Shown: piece by piece, positions 33,576 to 42,546 of the stretch
How the letters are laid out: each line of letters begins with the position of its first letter
Position numbering within the stretch: the stretch's first letter is position 1
Origin: a virus
DNA: 64,000 nucleotides
IMG/VR virus record: IMGVR_UViG_3300044712_002690
Span: 114,985-178,984 of that record
Direction: 5' to 3' (one strand)
Notes under the pieces: model-generated
Seen by the model: the letters and a program-made list of their open reading frames with translations, nothing else
Databases searched by the model: none
What the model was told of the DNA's origin: nothing
Position numbers and translations under genes: made by a program

Positions 33576-34286
33576 TTATAATTCCTCCATATATTCCCAA
33601 CCATCAATAAGCCATTGCAAATATAATTCGTGTTGTTTACCATACCAACCACAAGCAAAAGGATGCTGTACTTCTATTAAAGCAAATTTATAAGGAATAC
33701 TTTCATTTACTTTCATCATTCCAAAATCTACTGCTCCACAAAATCCTTCAGGGAATTTAATATGATCTATATTTGGTGCGTCAGGAGTATTCACTTCATT
33801 ACCCCAATACCATTGTCCGCATAAAACTTTTCCATTACTTATATAATACCTCCATTCGTTTTCAAAAGTAACTATATCTGAACAAATGAAAGGAGGCTTC
33901 TTTTTCTTTTTATGTGTTCCTGTAGTACAAAAACCTGTGAACCTTTTATATCTATCCGATGGTTTAATAAATACTTTTTTACCTAAAGGCCATTTGTCTG
34001 TTTCCCAAACATTTCTATATAAATACTCATTTAACCACATCGGATAATAGTTTGGTTGAATATGAAAATTAGATTCTACTCCTAATATATTATATCCCAT
34101 ACTTAATTCACACCACTCTACTGATCCGCAAGGAATATATTCTTTAGGACATGGTTTATTCTTATCTACTCTAGCTAAAGGAATATCCCAAGTATTACAC
34201 ATCATAGAAATAACTTGAGATTCTCTTGATAAAAGGTCATTTTTCATCAAGGCAAATCCTTTGTAATGTTTTAAATCAATATTCAT
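33576..34286 (-). CDS. ATP-grasp protein (R2K/DUF4343-like clade)
   Basis: VFIKP...KRFTG...SDIV.FENEWRYYI...AVDFG...LIEV...GWYG. Confidence 0.75.
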   Translation of the reverse strand: MNIDLKHYKGFALMKNDLLSRESQVISMMCNTWDIPLARVDKNKPCPKEYIPCGSVEWCELSMGYNILGVESNFHIQPNYYPMWLNEYLYRNVWETDKWPLGKKVFIKPSDRYKRFTGFCTTGTHKKKKKPPFICSDIVTFENEWRYYISNGKVLCGQWYWGNEVNTPDAPNIDHIKFPEGFCGAVDFGMMKVNESIPYKFALIEVQHPFACGWYGKQHELYLQWLIDGWEYMEEL

Positions 34287-34838
34287 TTTTTCTTATTTTT
34301 ATTTATATCTACTTTCAAAGCTGATCCCATAAATTTTATAGATGATGTTCTTAGTCCTATATCCTTGTTAACTTCTTCTATTCTTTTTTCTAGTTTATTT
34401 AATTTTAGTAACAGATAAATACAGACAATAACTAATCCTATTATCTGACCAGTATGTATAGCAGACCAATTAATTTCCATTATTCTACTCTCCTAAGGAG
34501 CTACTCCTTCATCCCATTCATGACTTTGTTTTAGTTTTTTATACATTTCTTTTGAAGCAAGTTGTTTTAATGCTTCCTCTAACGCCCATTGTTTATGTTG
34601 AGCTCCATCAGTTAGTAGGCCTTGTATTAAAATTTCAACTACTTTCATTTTCTTTTTGCCTTTTTCTTATTCTGAGTATCAATACGATTTAACTTTTTAA
34701 GCATTGTTTCTGTGATGCCTTTATCAACAATTTTCTTACACATTTTACATTCAACTTCTTTCGCTTCTTTAGTAAGATAGATTTTATAGCCAGTGGCACC
34801 ACAAGCAGCATAAGGAGCATCTTCTTTCTTATAGTGTA

Positions 34839-35279
34839 TCATGATTTAACTTTCTCCCATGATTCTATATTACCTTCTATCCTATAAAAGATAGGATGAG
34901 GTTCAGGTTCAATTATATTAACTAATACTTCTCTAAAAAATCTAGGTTCACGTAGGGAAACTTTTTCTTTTAAATGTTTTGCTTCATATACTAATTGACC
35001 AATAGTAACAGGAATAGATTCAAATGCAACATTTCTTGTATTTATTTTACTTCTATCGAAGTTATAGTTTCTTTTAACCGATTCTAAATATAAGAAGTAT
35101 AAGTATACATTCATAATACCAACAGGATCTGGATGTTTATAGAATCTTTCTAATTGTGGATGGTGTTTATAGCCAGAAGTATCGCCCATAAGAACTTTTC
35201 TAGCTAAAAGAGCCTCACGCCAGCCACCACTCAATCCTTTAGCATCTAAGTACTTTGGATGTAATGACCAGAGCCTCAC
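34839..35279 (-). CDS. Pyrimidine-dimer DNA glycosylase / endonuclease V family
   Basis: MRLWSLHPKYLD..GL...WREALLA...GYKHHPQLERF. Confidence 0.85.
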   Translation of the reverse strand: MRLWSLHPKYLDAKGLSGGWREALLARKVLMGDTSGYKHHPQLERFYKHPDPVGIMNVYLYFLYLESVKRNYNFDRSKINTRNVAFESIPVTIGQLVYEAKHLKEKVSLREPRFFREVLVNIIEPEPHPIFYRIEGNIESWEKVKS

Positions 35280-35299
35280 TGTCTTCTCCTTTAAATGTC

Positions 35300-35327
35300 A
35301 AAGGATTTAGACGAACCTAAATCCTTT
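35300..35327. terminator. Perfect 11-bp hairpin (possible terminator or RNA-stability element)
   Basis: AAAGGATTTAG-acgaac-CTAAATCCTTT; minus-strand loop contains UUCG; only a short U run. Confidence 0.45.
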
Positions 35328-35366
35328 AATCTATTATAATATAATAACATTAGAAAAAATATGTAA

Positions 35367-35543
35367 CTAGTATGAGCCGTGAGCCCTCATATGTTCTGGT
35401 ATAATAATCTTTGCTTTACCAAAAACACGTTTACTAGTTTTACCACATTTCTCACATTTCACTTCTGTAGGAAAGTCTTCTCCATACGGTTTTTTATACT
35501 CTGTTATATGCTCGCATTCAATACATTTATAGTCTTCAAACAT
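35367..35543 (-). CDS. FmdB-like zinc-ribbon protein (58 aa)
   Basis: Hand-translated MFEDYKCIECEHITE...CEKCGKTSKRVF; absent from the ORF track. Confidence 0.65.
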   Translation of the reverse strand: MFEDYKCIECEHITEYKKPYGEDFPTEVKCEKCGKTSKRVFGKAKIIIPEHMRAHGSY

Positions 35544-35555
35544 TTAGAATCTCCT

Positions 35556-35589
35556 AAAAATAAAAATGGGTCTAACCTAATAGACCCAT
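35556..35589 (-). terminator. Intrinsic terminator
   Basis: ATGGGTCTA-ttaggt-TAGACCCAT followed by TTTTATTTTT on the minus strand. Confidence 0.75.
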
Positions 35590-35823
35590 ATATAAATATC
35601 TTACTCTTAATTCTTTCTAACTAATACTTGATTTTTACTTCTTCGTAATCTTCTTTAAATCTTTCGAATATGATCTTTAGACATTGCTTAATATTTTCAG
35701 GATCAGCATGTTCATGTAAAGACACTGTGTAGTCAACAGCAAAATCAACACATCTATCAAAATCAAGGATAATACTCTTCTGTTTCTTATGTCGATAGAA
35801 ATCTATAAATTCAATATTTTCTT

Positions 35824-36525
35824 TCATAAGTTTACATTTGAATATACTAATTGTGAAAGTAAAAGATTGTCTTGTACAAGTTGGGTTGGTGAAGGATTAA
35901 GAGATCTTGAAACAGGTCTACCATTTCTATAAAATACATTTGCTACCTGTTCACTACAATACCAAGCTCTTTCGTCATCAAAAGCTCTTTTCATCCACCA
36001 AAATGCTAATCCTGTAAAATCATAAATAGTACTCATTGATTTCTCAGAAAGAATATCACGTAATATTGCTTGTTGTTGTTCTTGTGTGCAAGGAACTTTA
36101 AATATAACTTGTCTACGTAATTGATACTGACTAAAATCAAAGTAGTTCATTCCATTAGCATCGGCACTACCTAATACTAATATATTGATAGTTGAAAGTA
36201 ACCAGTCTATATCATCTGTAGGGGATGTTATATAATATGATTTATATTTGTCTTTTAATCTAGCCCATTCCTCATCAGTAACTAGCTTTTTAATATTGTT
36301 AGCATGTAACATCATTATAGAATGTGAGTAAGGTCCTGAAATAGCAGCAATAGCTTTTGATACTATATTATTCATCTCACTTTTAAGACAAGAAATATAC
36401 AGACCCTCACCATGCATTTCAAATACCTGATCCATTCCCTCAAGAAGAGGTTTTCTATAACCAGGTTTATATTTCTTCTTTTCAATCTTATCAATGAACA
36501 AATTAAGTCTATGAGATAATGACAT
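35824..36525 (-). CDS. Permuted papain-like amidase (YiiX/YebB, NlpC/P60 superfamily)
   Basis: GPYSHS (His), then YDF...WYCSEQV (Cys), in permuted order. Confidence 0.75.
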   Translation of the reverse strand: MSLSHRLNLFIDKIEKKKYKPGYRKPLLEGMDQVFEMHGEGLYISCLKSEMNNIVSKAIAAISGPYSHSIMMLHANNIKKLVTDEEWARLKDKYKSYYITSPTDDIDWLLSTINILVLGSADANGMNYFDFSQYQLRRQVIFKVPCTQEQQQAILRDILSEKSMSTIYDFTGLAFWWMKRAFDDERAWYCSEQVANVFYRNGRPVSRSLNPSPTQLVQDNLLLSQLVYSNVNL

Positions 36526-36527
36526 AT

Positions 36528-36965
36528 CTACCTTCCTCCCTTCCTTCTATCGTTGACCCAAACAAGTGTTCCAGACTCATCAATTTCTACAGGTATAAGT
36601 AAATGATCGGATTCATATTTTCTATTTAAATGATTAATAGCTTCTTCTTGTGTTGGAAAACATGTTACAAGTTTACAAATGTTATGTTGAAGAAGTTTAA
36701 GCAGTCGTTGTAGTTGATCCGTTTTTTGACAGATAACTAAATCAAAGTTATGTTTTTGTGCGTGGGAATAGAAGTTAAGAAAGAGACCTAAAACAGAAGA
36801 TGATACATCCTTTACATTTTCCAAATTAATAACTAAAGGAATATCATAGTTGAAGTTAATCTTATTTAAATTGTTAGATAAATGACAAGAAAATTCAAAG
36901 GTTAAGTGTGAAGGAAGTATTTTAAATACTTTTATCTCCGGAGTAGATGAGGGCCTGAATGACAT
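36528..36965 (-). CDS. STAS domain protein (anti-sigma antagonist-like)
   Basis: LVINLENVKDVSSSVLGLF...FPTQEEAI. Confidence 0.8.
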   Translation of the reverse strand: MSFRPSSTPEIKVFKILPSHLTFEFSCHLSNNLNKINFNYDIPLVINLENVKDVSSSVLGLFLNFYSHAQKHNFDLVICQKTDQLQRLLKLLQHNICKLVTCFPTQEEAINHLNRKYESDHLLIPVEIDESGTLVWVNDRRKGGR

Positions 36966-36969
36966 AATA

Positions 36970-37287
36970 TTACACCATGCTTCTAATATTAAAGAGTTTA
37001 GTTAATTTGGTGTATTTCAGTGTGTCAAATATATCTTGATGCATATTGTCTAATGATATTAGTAGGTTTTTTCTATTTAAAGAAGTACGAATTGAAATAA
37101 GAAGTGCTAAACCAGAAGAATCAATTTTATTGACTTTTCCTAAATCTATTACTACATCCTTATCAATTTCTGGTATTCTGTTTTCCAAAAGAGATTTAAT
37201 TCTAAAAACATTCCCTATAGTTAAATCAATAAGGATAGCAATATTAATCTGATCTTCATCAGATTTAAATGTAATATAGTTATTCAA
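36970..37287 (-). CDS. STAS domain protein (anti-sigma antagonist-like)
   Basis: VVIDLGKVNKIDSSGLALLI...LKYTKLTKLF. Confidence 0.9.
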   Translation of the reverse strand: MNNYITFKSDEDQINIAILIDLTIGNVFRIKSLLENRIPEIDKDVVIDLGKVNKIDSSGLALLISIRTSLNRKNLLISLDNMHQDIFDTLKYTKLTKLFNIRSMV

Positions 37288-37576
37288 TGTTAAATATCCT
37301 GTCGAATGAAGATAGTTTTAAGATATCTAGTATATGTTTGCTTGGTTGTATTGTTAATGTAAGATTCTTTTTAGTTAACTCTTTCTGAGCTGTTACTAGT
37401 AATCCTAAACCACTAGAATCCATATAATCTGTTTTAGTTAAATCGAGCAGGATATTTTTATCGGCTAGTTCAATTTCATGTAAAAGATATGTTTTCATTT
37501 TTCTAATAGATACAAGATCTATGTTCTGATAAACACAGATAATGATCTTGTCGTCTTCAATGAACTTAGTAATCAT
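37280..37576 (-). CDS. STAS domain protein (anti-sigma antagonist-like)
   Basis: ILLDLTKTDYMDSSGLGLLV...LKLSSFDRIF. Confidence 0.9.
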   Translation of the reverse strand: MITKFIEDDKIIICVYQNIDLVSIRKMKTYLLHEIELADKNILLDLTKTDYMDSSGLGLLVTAQKELTKKNLTLTIQPSKHILDILKLSSFDRIFNIE

Positions 37577-37772
37577 GTTTTCTCTTTTACAGATAGTAAT
37601 GAAATATGAGCCGCTGTCATCTCAACATACTTATAGGCTTCTAAATCTTTATTGATTTTATCTACTGTTTTTTGTAAATACCACTCAATGTCATTTCTGA
37701 CACTGGGTGGTATTTCTTTTGTCTCAATATTGCACTTAATATCTATTGTAGCTGCAATTTCAAGTTTATTCA

Positions 37773-38108
37773 TTAGTCTGCTCGTTTAAAGTTTTTCTTT
37801 TCAAACTTCTCACTAGGACAAGCATACGTTTTCTTAGACTCTACATCTTGATAAACAACTAGAATATCAGAAGTAATAACTTGTGTTATTCCTTTTGTTA
37901 CTGCTATTACTGCGCCATCTTTATGAAGGAAGAGATCAAGAATCTCTCCTGTTTCTGTATGTTCTGCTTGACCTTTACGTTGATACTCATGAGCAAATTC
38001 ATCTTTGATTTTAAGTACGTGAAGAACTTCACCCATCATTATGTAGTAGTTGTCTTTGTCGTCACGATACATTCCACCAGCAAAAATATCCATAGCAATC
38101 TCCTTCAT
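37773..38108 (-). CDS. DUF1653-like SH3-fold protein
   Basis: GGMYR...Y...AEHTETGE...VVYQD...ACP..KF. Confidence 0.55.
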   Translation of the reverse strand: MKEIAMDIFAGGMYRDDKDNYYIMMGEVLHVLKIKDEFAHEYQRKGQAEHTETGEILDLFLHKDGAVIAVTKGITQVITSDILVVYQDVESKKTYACPSEKFEKKNFKRAD

Positions 38109-38150
38109 GTAATTTACTTAAATATTAGGTATTTTAAGTTCTTTTTAAGG

Positions 38151-38178
38151 AAAAAGCCCTAGGGTAACCTAGGGCTTT
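38151..38178 (-). terminator. Intrinsic terminator
   Basis: AAAGCCCTAGG-ttac-CCTAGGGCTTT then TT on the minus strand; perfect 11-bp stem. Confidence 0.85.
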
Positions 38179-38182
38179 GATA

Positions 38183-38545
38183 TTATCTTCTGTAATATTG
38201 AAGAACCTCTTGAGTTCCTTCATATGAATCAACAACAAATATAATTTGAGTTAGACAAAGTAATTCAATAACTTTCTTTATATATGTTGTTAAACTAAGC
38301 AGCACTAACTTACCTCCCCTTCCTCTACAAATCATTGCTGCATCCATTATACACTTAATTGCAGTTGAATCTAATATATGTACTTCTTTAGCATCGAGTA
38401 TGAGATTTTTATATTGACTATTTTCATGCAGTTTTTCTTTTAATGATTTTGATACTTCAGAGACATTATCAATTGTAATCATTTTTTCTTTAAGTTCTAT
38501 CATGAGTGTATGTTCATTTATTTCAATTGAGTCGAGTGGTAACAT
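38183..38545 (-). CDS. STAS domain protein (anti-sigma antagonist-like)
   Basis: LILDAKEVHILDSTAIKCI...GGKLVLLS...VIELLCLTQII. Confidence 0.85.
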   Translation of the reverse strand: MLPLDSIEINEHTLMIELKEKMITIDNVSEVSKSLKEKLHENSQYKNLILDAKEVHILDSTAIKCIMDAAMICRGRGGKLVLLSLTTYIKKVIELLCLTQIIFVVDSYEGTQEVLQYYRR

Positions 38546-38666
38546 ACACTACCCCCAAAAATTATACTTTACTCCATTAATATTAATTGATTTATATTAT
38601 GTTCTCCTTGTTATAGTTTATTATCAGTATTTAATTTAAGATAACTTAATTATCTTAATCTGTTTT

Positions 38667-38942
38667 CTAGTCAAGAAGATCATCAAATTCTATCCAGCCC
38701 TTTTCAATTAACAATAAAGCTGTGTACCCAAAAATATCAGCTAGATCATTTTTCTTTAAATCTGAGCTATTTTTAATCCTACTAAGTTTATCATCCAATC
38801 TATTACAAATTTGACTACCAGCATCTGATTTAGTAAAAATCTTGATAGGTGCTATTGCTGAATCACCATATCTACGATTTTTCTCTTTAAGAAAGTCTTT
38901 AAAATTATCAAATAATACTTCAATTTTTTCTTGTGTATTCAT
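38667..38942 (-). CDS. Nucleotide-modification-associated domain protein (Nmad1/DUF1599-like)
   Basis: KNRRYGDSA...RLDDKLSRI...DLADIFGY..L; start re-assigned to MNTQEK at 38942 (GAGGA RBS). Confidence 0.65.
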   Translation of the reverse strand: MNTQEKIEVLFDNFKDFLKEKNRRYGDSAIAPIKIFTKSDAGSQICNRLDDKLSRIKNSSDLKKNDLADIFGYTALLLIEKGWIEFDDLLD

Positions 38943-38959
38943 ATATCCTCTTAAAAGAT

Positions 38960-38984
38960 GAACCGAAGGGGCAACCTCCGGTTC
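38960..38984 (-). terminator. GC-rich intergenic hairpin (weak terminator or processing site)
   Basis: GAACCGGAGG-ttgcc-CCTTCGGTTC (one G-U pair on the minus strand) followed by ATCTTTT. Confidence 0.45.
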
Positions 38985-39009
38985 AAAAAAGTAGAACAAG
39001 GAGCATGTA

Positions 39010-39225
39010 TTATGCAGTGGGTGTTTTTGATTGGATATACTTGATAATACCGAACACCATACCAGCGACGATAACACCAACAATTCCAATACCAACAATC
39101 CATTTCCAATTAAGAGCAACAAAGGTAATAAGAGCAATAACCAAACCAAGAACCAATAAAGCTAGAACACCCATAATGATAGCATCTTTCTTATTAAGAT
39201 TGCTAAGCATGTTTTTAATATCCAT
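39010..39225 (-). CDS. Small two-helix membrane protein
   Basis: Two long hydrophobic segments; GGAG RBS. Confidence 0.6.
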   Translation of the reverse strand: MDIKNMLSNLNKKDAIIMGVLALLVLGLVIALITFVALNWKWIVGIGIVGVIVAGMVFGIIKYIQSKTPTA

Positions 39226-39301
39226 TTTTAACTCCTAACTTATTATTTACTTAAATCCACACCCATGTGGGTGAAATTAACTAATATAATATCTATTATA
39301 T

Positions 39302-39730
39302 TCAGTTCTCTAGATTTTTTAGTTTAATCATATCACCTATACTGCATGTTGATTTAGGTGCTTCTAAGTTAACAGGTTTCTTTAAAAGAGTAAGTTCAAG
39401 TATCTTTAAAGAAGTTTGAAGTGTTTGTTCTGTAACATTATATCGTTTACAAAAATCATAAGCAACCTCATGAAAAGCATCAATAGCATCACCGGGTTGG
39501 TCGCTACCGTCACCATCTCTAGCAGCTATAGCTAGAGGAAGCATTTCTTGAAGTTCCTGAATTGCTTTATCCGTCATAGTATCAATATCAGCACGCATTT
39601 TGAATGTGTTACCTGATATGTTTTCAAAGACTGAGTCAAATTCCTCTTGGCTCACTTGAAATGTATAGCCATTATCAAATTTGACTATCATTTGTTGCCC
39701 TTGCTTTTCAAGGACTTCAACAGTATTCAT
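39302..39730 (-). CDS. Hypothetical protein
   Basis: 142-aa ORF with AGGAG RBS. Confidence 0.6.
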   Translation of the reverse strand: MNTVEVLEKQGQQMIVKFDNGYTFQVSQEEFDSVFENISGNTFKMRADIDTMTDKAIQELQEMLPLAIAARDGDGSDQPGDAIDAFHEVAYDFCKRYNVTEQTLQTSLKILELTLLKKPVNLEAPKSTCSIGDMIKLKNLEN

Positions 39731-39793
39731 TGAATAGACTCCTAGGATTAATATACTACTAAATATTATAGTTATATAATATAACTTAAGGTT

Positions 39794-40468
39794 CTATTTT
39801 CTAAAGAAAGGAATTGACCCCATGATGATTCGTCCCGTTTCATATTGGTAGGGTTCTCCAATTTTCCAGTCTCTGTTTAAGTAGACCGAAAGAAGTCTAT
39901 CTCTTTTAAATACCTCTATCGCTTCATTTAAAGTTAGCCTTTTGTTTCTCGTTCGTATAACTGTATTACAAATCACCAGAACCTCATGCGTATTTGCAGA
40001 GATAAGCAAAGAGAGTATTTCTCCGAGTGCATGAGAGATAGTTTGTGGCATTTTGCATGAGTCATAATGTATAATACTTGGATTAAAATTTCCTTGAATA
40101 GATGCAGATGTCATTGCTGATACTAAATCGTCATGAATCCAATTAATTCCTTTAATTGTAGAAATACTTTTAAAAATTTCTGGATTAATCTCAACACCAT
40201 AAATTTGTTCTTTTGTAACAAATCCACAATTAAGTAGTTGATCTAATTCTGTACCCGGATCTAAACGAGAATTACTACCGCACTTGCCGCATAGTGTCCA
40301 GTATTGTCTATCTTTTGGAATACTACTATAACCAAACAATTGACGATACTTTCCCACTATGCTTGCAAGGCGGTACATTTGCTTGACTGGAGTATCCCAA
40401 GGCTTATCCACAATTTTACGTGCATGCGCATAAGCTTCTTTTTTTATTGGAATACTCCGCTTAGTCAT
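39794..40468 (-). CDS. Class I SAM-dependent methyltransferase-like protein
   Basis: Order YWTLCG / IYGVEINPEI / WIHDDL / IIHYDSC resembles motifs I-IV; motif I degenerate. Confidence 0.45.
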   Translation of the reverse strand: MTKRSIPIKKEAYAHARKIVDKPWDTPVKQMYRLASIVGKYRQLFGYSSIPKDRQYWTLCGKCGSNSRLDPGTELDQLLNCGFVTKEQIYGVEINPEIFKSISTIKGINWIHDDLVSAMTSASIQGNFNPSIIHYDSCKMPQTISHALGEILSLLISANTHEVLVICNTVIRTRNKRLTLNEAIEVFKRDRLLSVYLNRDWKIGEPYQYETGRIIMGSIPFFRK

Positions 40469-41230
40469 CTACTTGCTCCTTTTTCTACGATTTTTTGTTT
40501 GCTCGGCATACAAGCTGTTTAATTGATCAAGACCATTTTCTACGATCCTAATAACTTGTTTTACTGTATCAGGTCTAGATGCAGTTTTCATTTCTCGATA
40601 TGTTGCATCCAAACGTTTTTTAGCACGAGTAGCAAGCTCAGAAGAAACATCTGTTGGTGTTTGACTCGCTTTCTTTACTTCTCTACGTGCCCTAGTAAGG
40701 TCAGACCGTACAAGACGTTCAGGAAGACCAAATCGTCTAGCAAGTTGTTTTGCAGTTTCCTTAAAAGTAAGAGTCCCTTTACTTCTTGCTGCAGGTCTTG
40801 AAATAATATCATTATAAGACGCTTCAAATCGTTTGTAAAGATCCATTCGTTGCTTTCGAGTCATTTGACGACGAATTAGATTATCTACAACAACAAGACC
40901 AAGTTCATCGGATTGATCTAAAACCTCTGCAGTTTGAATAACAGGAACTGTTTCCATACCTTCTTGTTCAGCTACAAGCCACCGATGGTGTCCACAATAA
41001 ATAGTACCTTCAGGACTGATTACAAGAGGTTGAAGAATACCATTAGCTTTTATAGACTTACGAAGTTCTTCAAATTTCTCTGTAGACTCAGGATTACTGA
41101 TATGATTGAACTTGGAAGGCACCAATTTTTTAACAGGGTATTGAATGACTTTAGAAGTCATCTTAACACTAATTTTAGGGCTAACTTGTTCAGGTGTTTC
41201 CACTACTTGTTTTTCCATACTACTTTCCAT
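40469..41230 (-). CDS. ParB/Srx N-terminal domain protein
   Basis: FEELRKSIKANGILQPLVI...IYCGHHRWLVA...VPV...DNLIRRQMT; probable HTH after it. Confidence 0.85.
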   Translation of the reverse strand: MESSMEKQVVETPEQVSPKISVKMTSKVIQYPVKKLVPSKFNHISNPESTEKFEELRKSIKANGILQPLVISPEGTIYCGHHRWLVAEQEGMETVPVIQTAEVLDQSDELGLVVVDNLIRRQMTRKQRMDLYKRFEASYNDIISRPAARSKGTLTFKETAKQLARRFGLPERLVRSDLTRARREVKKASQTPTDVSSELATRAKKRLDATYREMKTASRPDTVKQVIRIVENGLDQLNSLYAEQTKNRRKRSK

Positions 41231-41393
41231 AAGTACCTCTCGTAATATGAGCAAGGACACCAGCTACTTGCATCTTTTTAAGATGGGTAAGCTTCCCCAC
41301 AATCTTTTTGGAGTTAGCTCCAAGTTTCCTTTCTTTAGTAATAAAAGAAAGATCCGACTTAGAAATCTTGTTCGCGTAGCGTTTTTTCTTCAT
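41220..41393 (-). CDS. Small basic, probably DNA-binding protein
   Basis: 57 aa, K/R-rich; start re-assigned to MKKKRY (AGGAG RBS). Confidence 0.45.
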   Translation of the reverse strand: MKKKRYANKISKSDLSFITKERKLGANSKKIVGKLTHLKKMQVAGVLAHITRGTYGK

Positions 41394-41512
41394 GCTCCTA
41401 CTCCTTGTTTTTATTATTTTCAATATAGTTAAATCTAGAAACAAAAGTAACTAGACTTAATTAATCATATCAATTCTTTATATTTTCTCTGACAATCACA
41501 TGGAGAGAAATT

Positions 41513-41956
41513 ATGTTTAGACTTAACTCTAATATATATGTTGCAGAAATCCGGGGAAGTCAGTACCTTTTTCGTGTCGCTGCTATAGGTGATGAAGGTT
41601 TTGTTGAAGTTCCAACTGAAGGAGATTCTCCTATAGAAGAAACCCCTATAGTACAAGAACCTCAACCCATGGGTCTAGATGTGGAAGGTGGGGAAGCCGT
41701 TAATAAAAGTTGGCCTGATTATGTTGTTGAAGCAGCTAAATTTATAGCAACTAATCCTGGATTGTTTACACAACCAGAAGGTGCTTCAAAAGCATTTGCT
41801 CAAAATATCATTGATCAAGTAGAAAAAGTAAGAGAAGAATACGAATATGCTAAAGAGAATGTACAATCATTAGAATTCCATTTTCAATCCTTATATCAAA
41901 ACATAGAAGACTTTTATAATAGCTACATGGTTGACGAACCTTCAGTTGTTGGATAG
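41513..41956 (+). CDS. Acidic hypothetical protein (only convincing plus-strand gene)
   Basis: 147-aa ORF occupying a gap in the minus-strand run; GGAGAG RBS; 26 D/E vs 9 K/R. Confidence 0.75.
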   Translation: MFRLNSNIYVAEIRGSQYLFRVAAIGDEGFVEVPTEGDSPIEETPIVQEPQPMGLDVEGGEAVNKSWPDYVVEAAKFIATNPGLFTQPEGASKAFAQNIIDQVEKVREEYEYAKENVQSLEFHFQSLYQNIEDFYNSYMVDEPSVVG

Positions 41957-42526
41957 CAACCGTAAATGTGGTTTCCTTCCTGGTAACATCCTTTCAATCA
42001 CTTCTACAAATTCATTCTTCGAGGGGGTATCCTCTACCTCCTCAAGATTTTTCATAAAGTTACTAAATATCTCTGCATTTTGAAGAAAAGTTCTATCCGG
42101 GTAGTCAGATAGAATATAGAAACCTCTAGGTTTGTTTCTAAAGATATTTAATAGCTTAAGAGTTTCTTCGATATTATTAACACGTATCTTTTTGTATTTA
42201 AGAGTTTGAGGATCGAATAGTCCAATCACATCAGATTCCTCTTCTTGTTCTCGTGTGTAAATAATAGGAAGATTCTTGTTAAAGGTTTTAGATGTATCGA
42301 AATCCTTTTTAACTTTTAATTCAAGCCAAGACTTCTTTTGATCATCAGTAAGAGAACGTTTAGTTACGGGAGTAGAAAGAGTATTAGGATCGTAGGTATT
42401 TCGATTTTCAATACATACTACAGGATTATATCCAGGAGGATATTCCTTTTGCTCATCAGGCTCTCGTTCTTTATAAAAGCAATCAAGAGCTTTAGCAATT
42501 CTAATTGCATGTTCTCTGGTTATCAT
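41942..42526 (-). CDS. Hypothetical protein
   Basis: 194-aa ORF. Confidence 0.6.
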   Translation of the reverse strand: MITREHAIRIAKALDCFYKEREPDEQKEYPPGYNPVVCIENRNTYDPNTLSTPVTKRSLTDDQKKSWLELKVKKDFDTSKTFNKNLPIIYTREQEEESDVIGLFDPQTLKYKKIRVNNIEETLKLLNIFRNKPRGFYILSDYPDRTFLQNAEIFSNFMKNLEEVEDTPSKNEFVEVIERMLPGRKPHLRLLSNN

Positions 42527-42546
42527 ATGACATCCTTTGTATGAAA

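Larger units (their letters stand above)
23997..33600 (-). other. Hypervariable run of 40 or more small hypothetical genes, many with CxxC pairs or single TM helices
   Basis: Densely packed minus-strand ORFs with ATGA/TAATG overlaps and AGGAG-type RBSs. Confidence 0.7.

Noticed and set aside
38943-39149. Hydrophobic N-terminal extension of ORF 38667..39149
   Set aside because: Alternative frame overlapping the real membrane gene 39010..39225 and an intergenic hairpin; a good RBS precedes ATG at 38942
39010-39225. Holin call (also considered for 1..285)
   Set aside because: Only hydrophobicity supports it; no adjacent endolysin or spanin recognised
39730-39794. Sigma-70 promoters or operators in AT-rich gaps (also 13775-13871, 35330-35365, 38545-38667, 53890-53957)
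   Set aside because: TATAAT-like hexamers and short AT palindromes are expected by chance at this GC content; no convincing -35/-10 pair with 17-bp spacing
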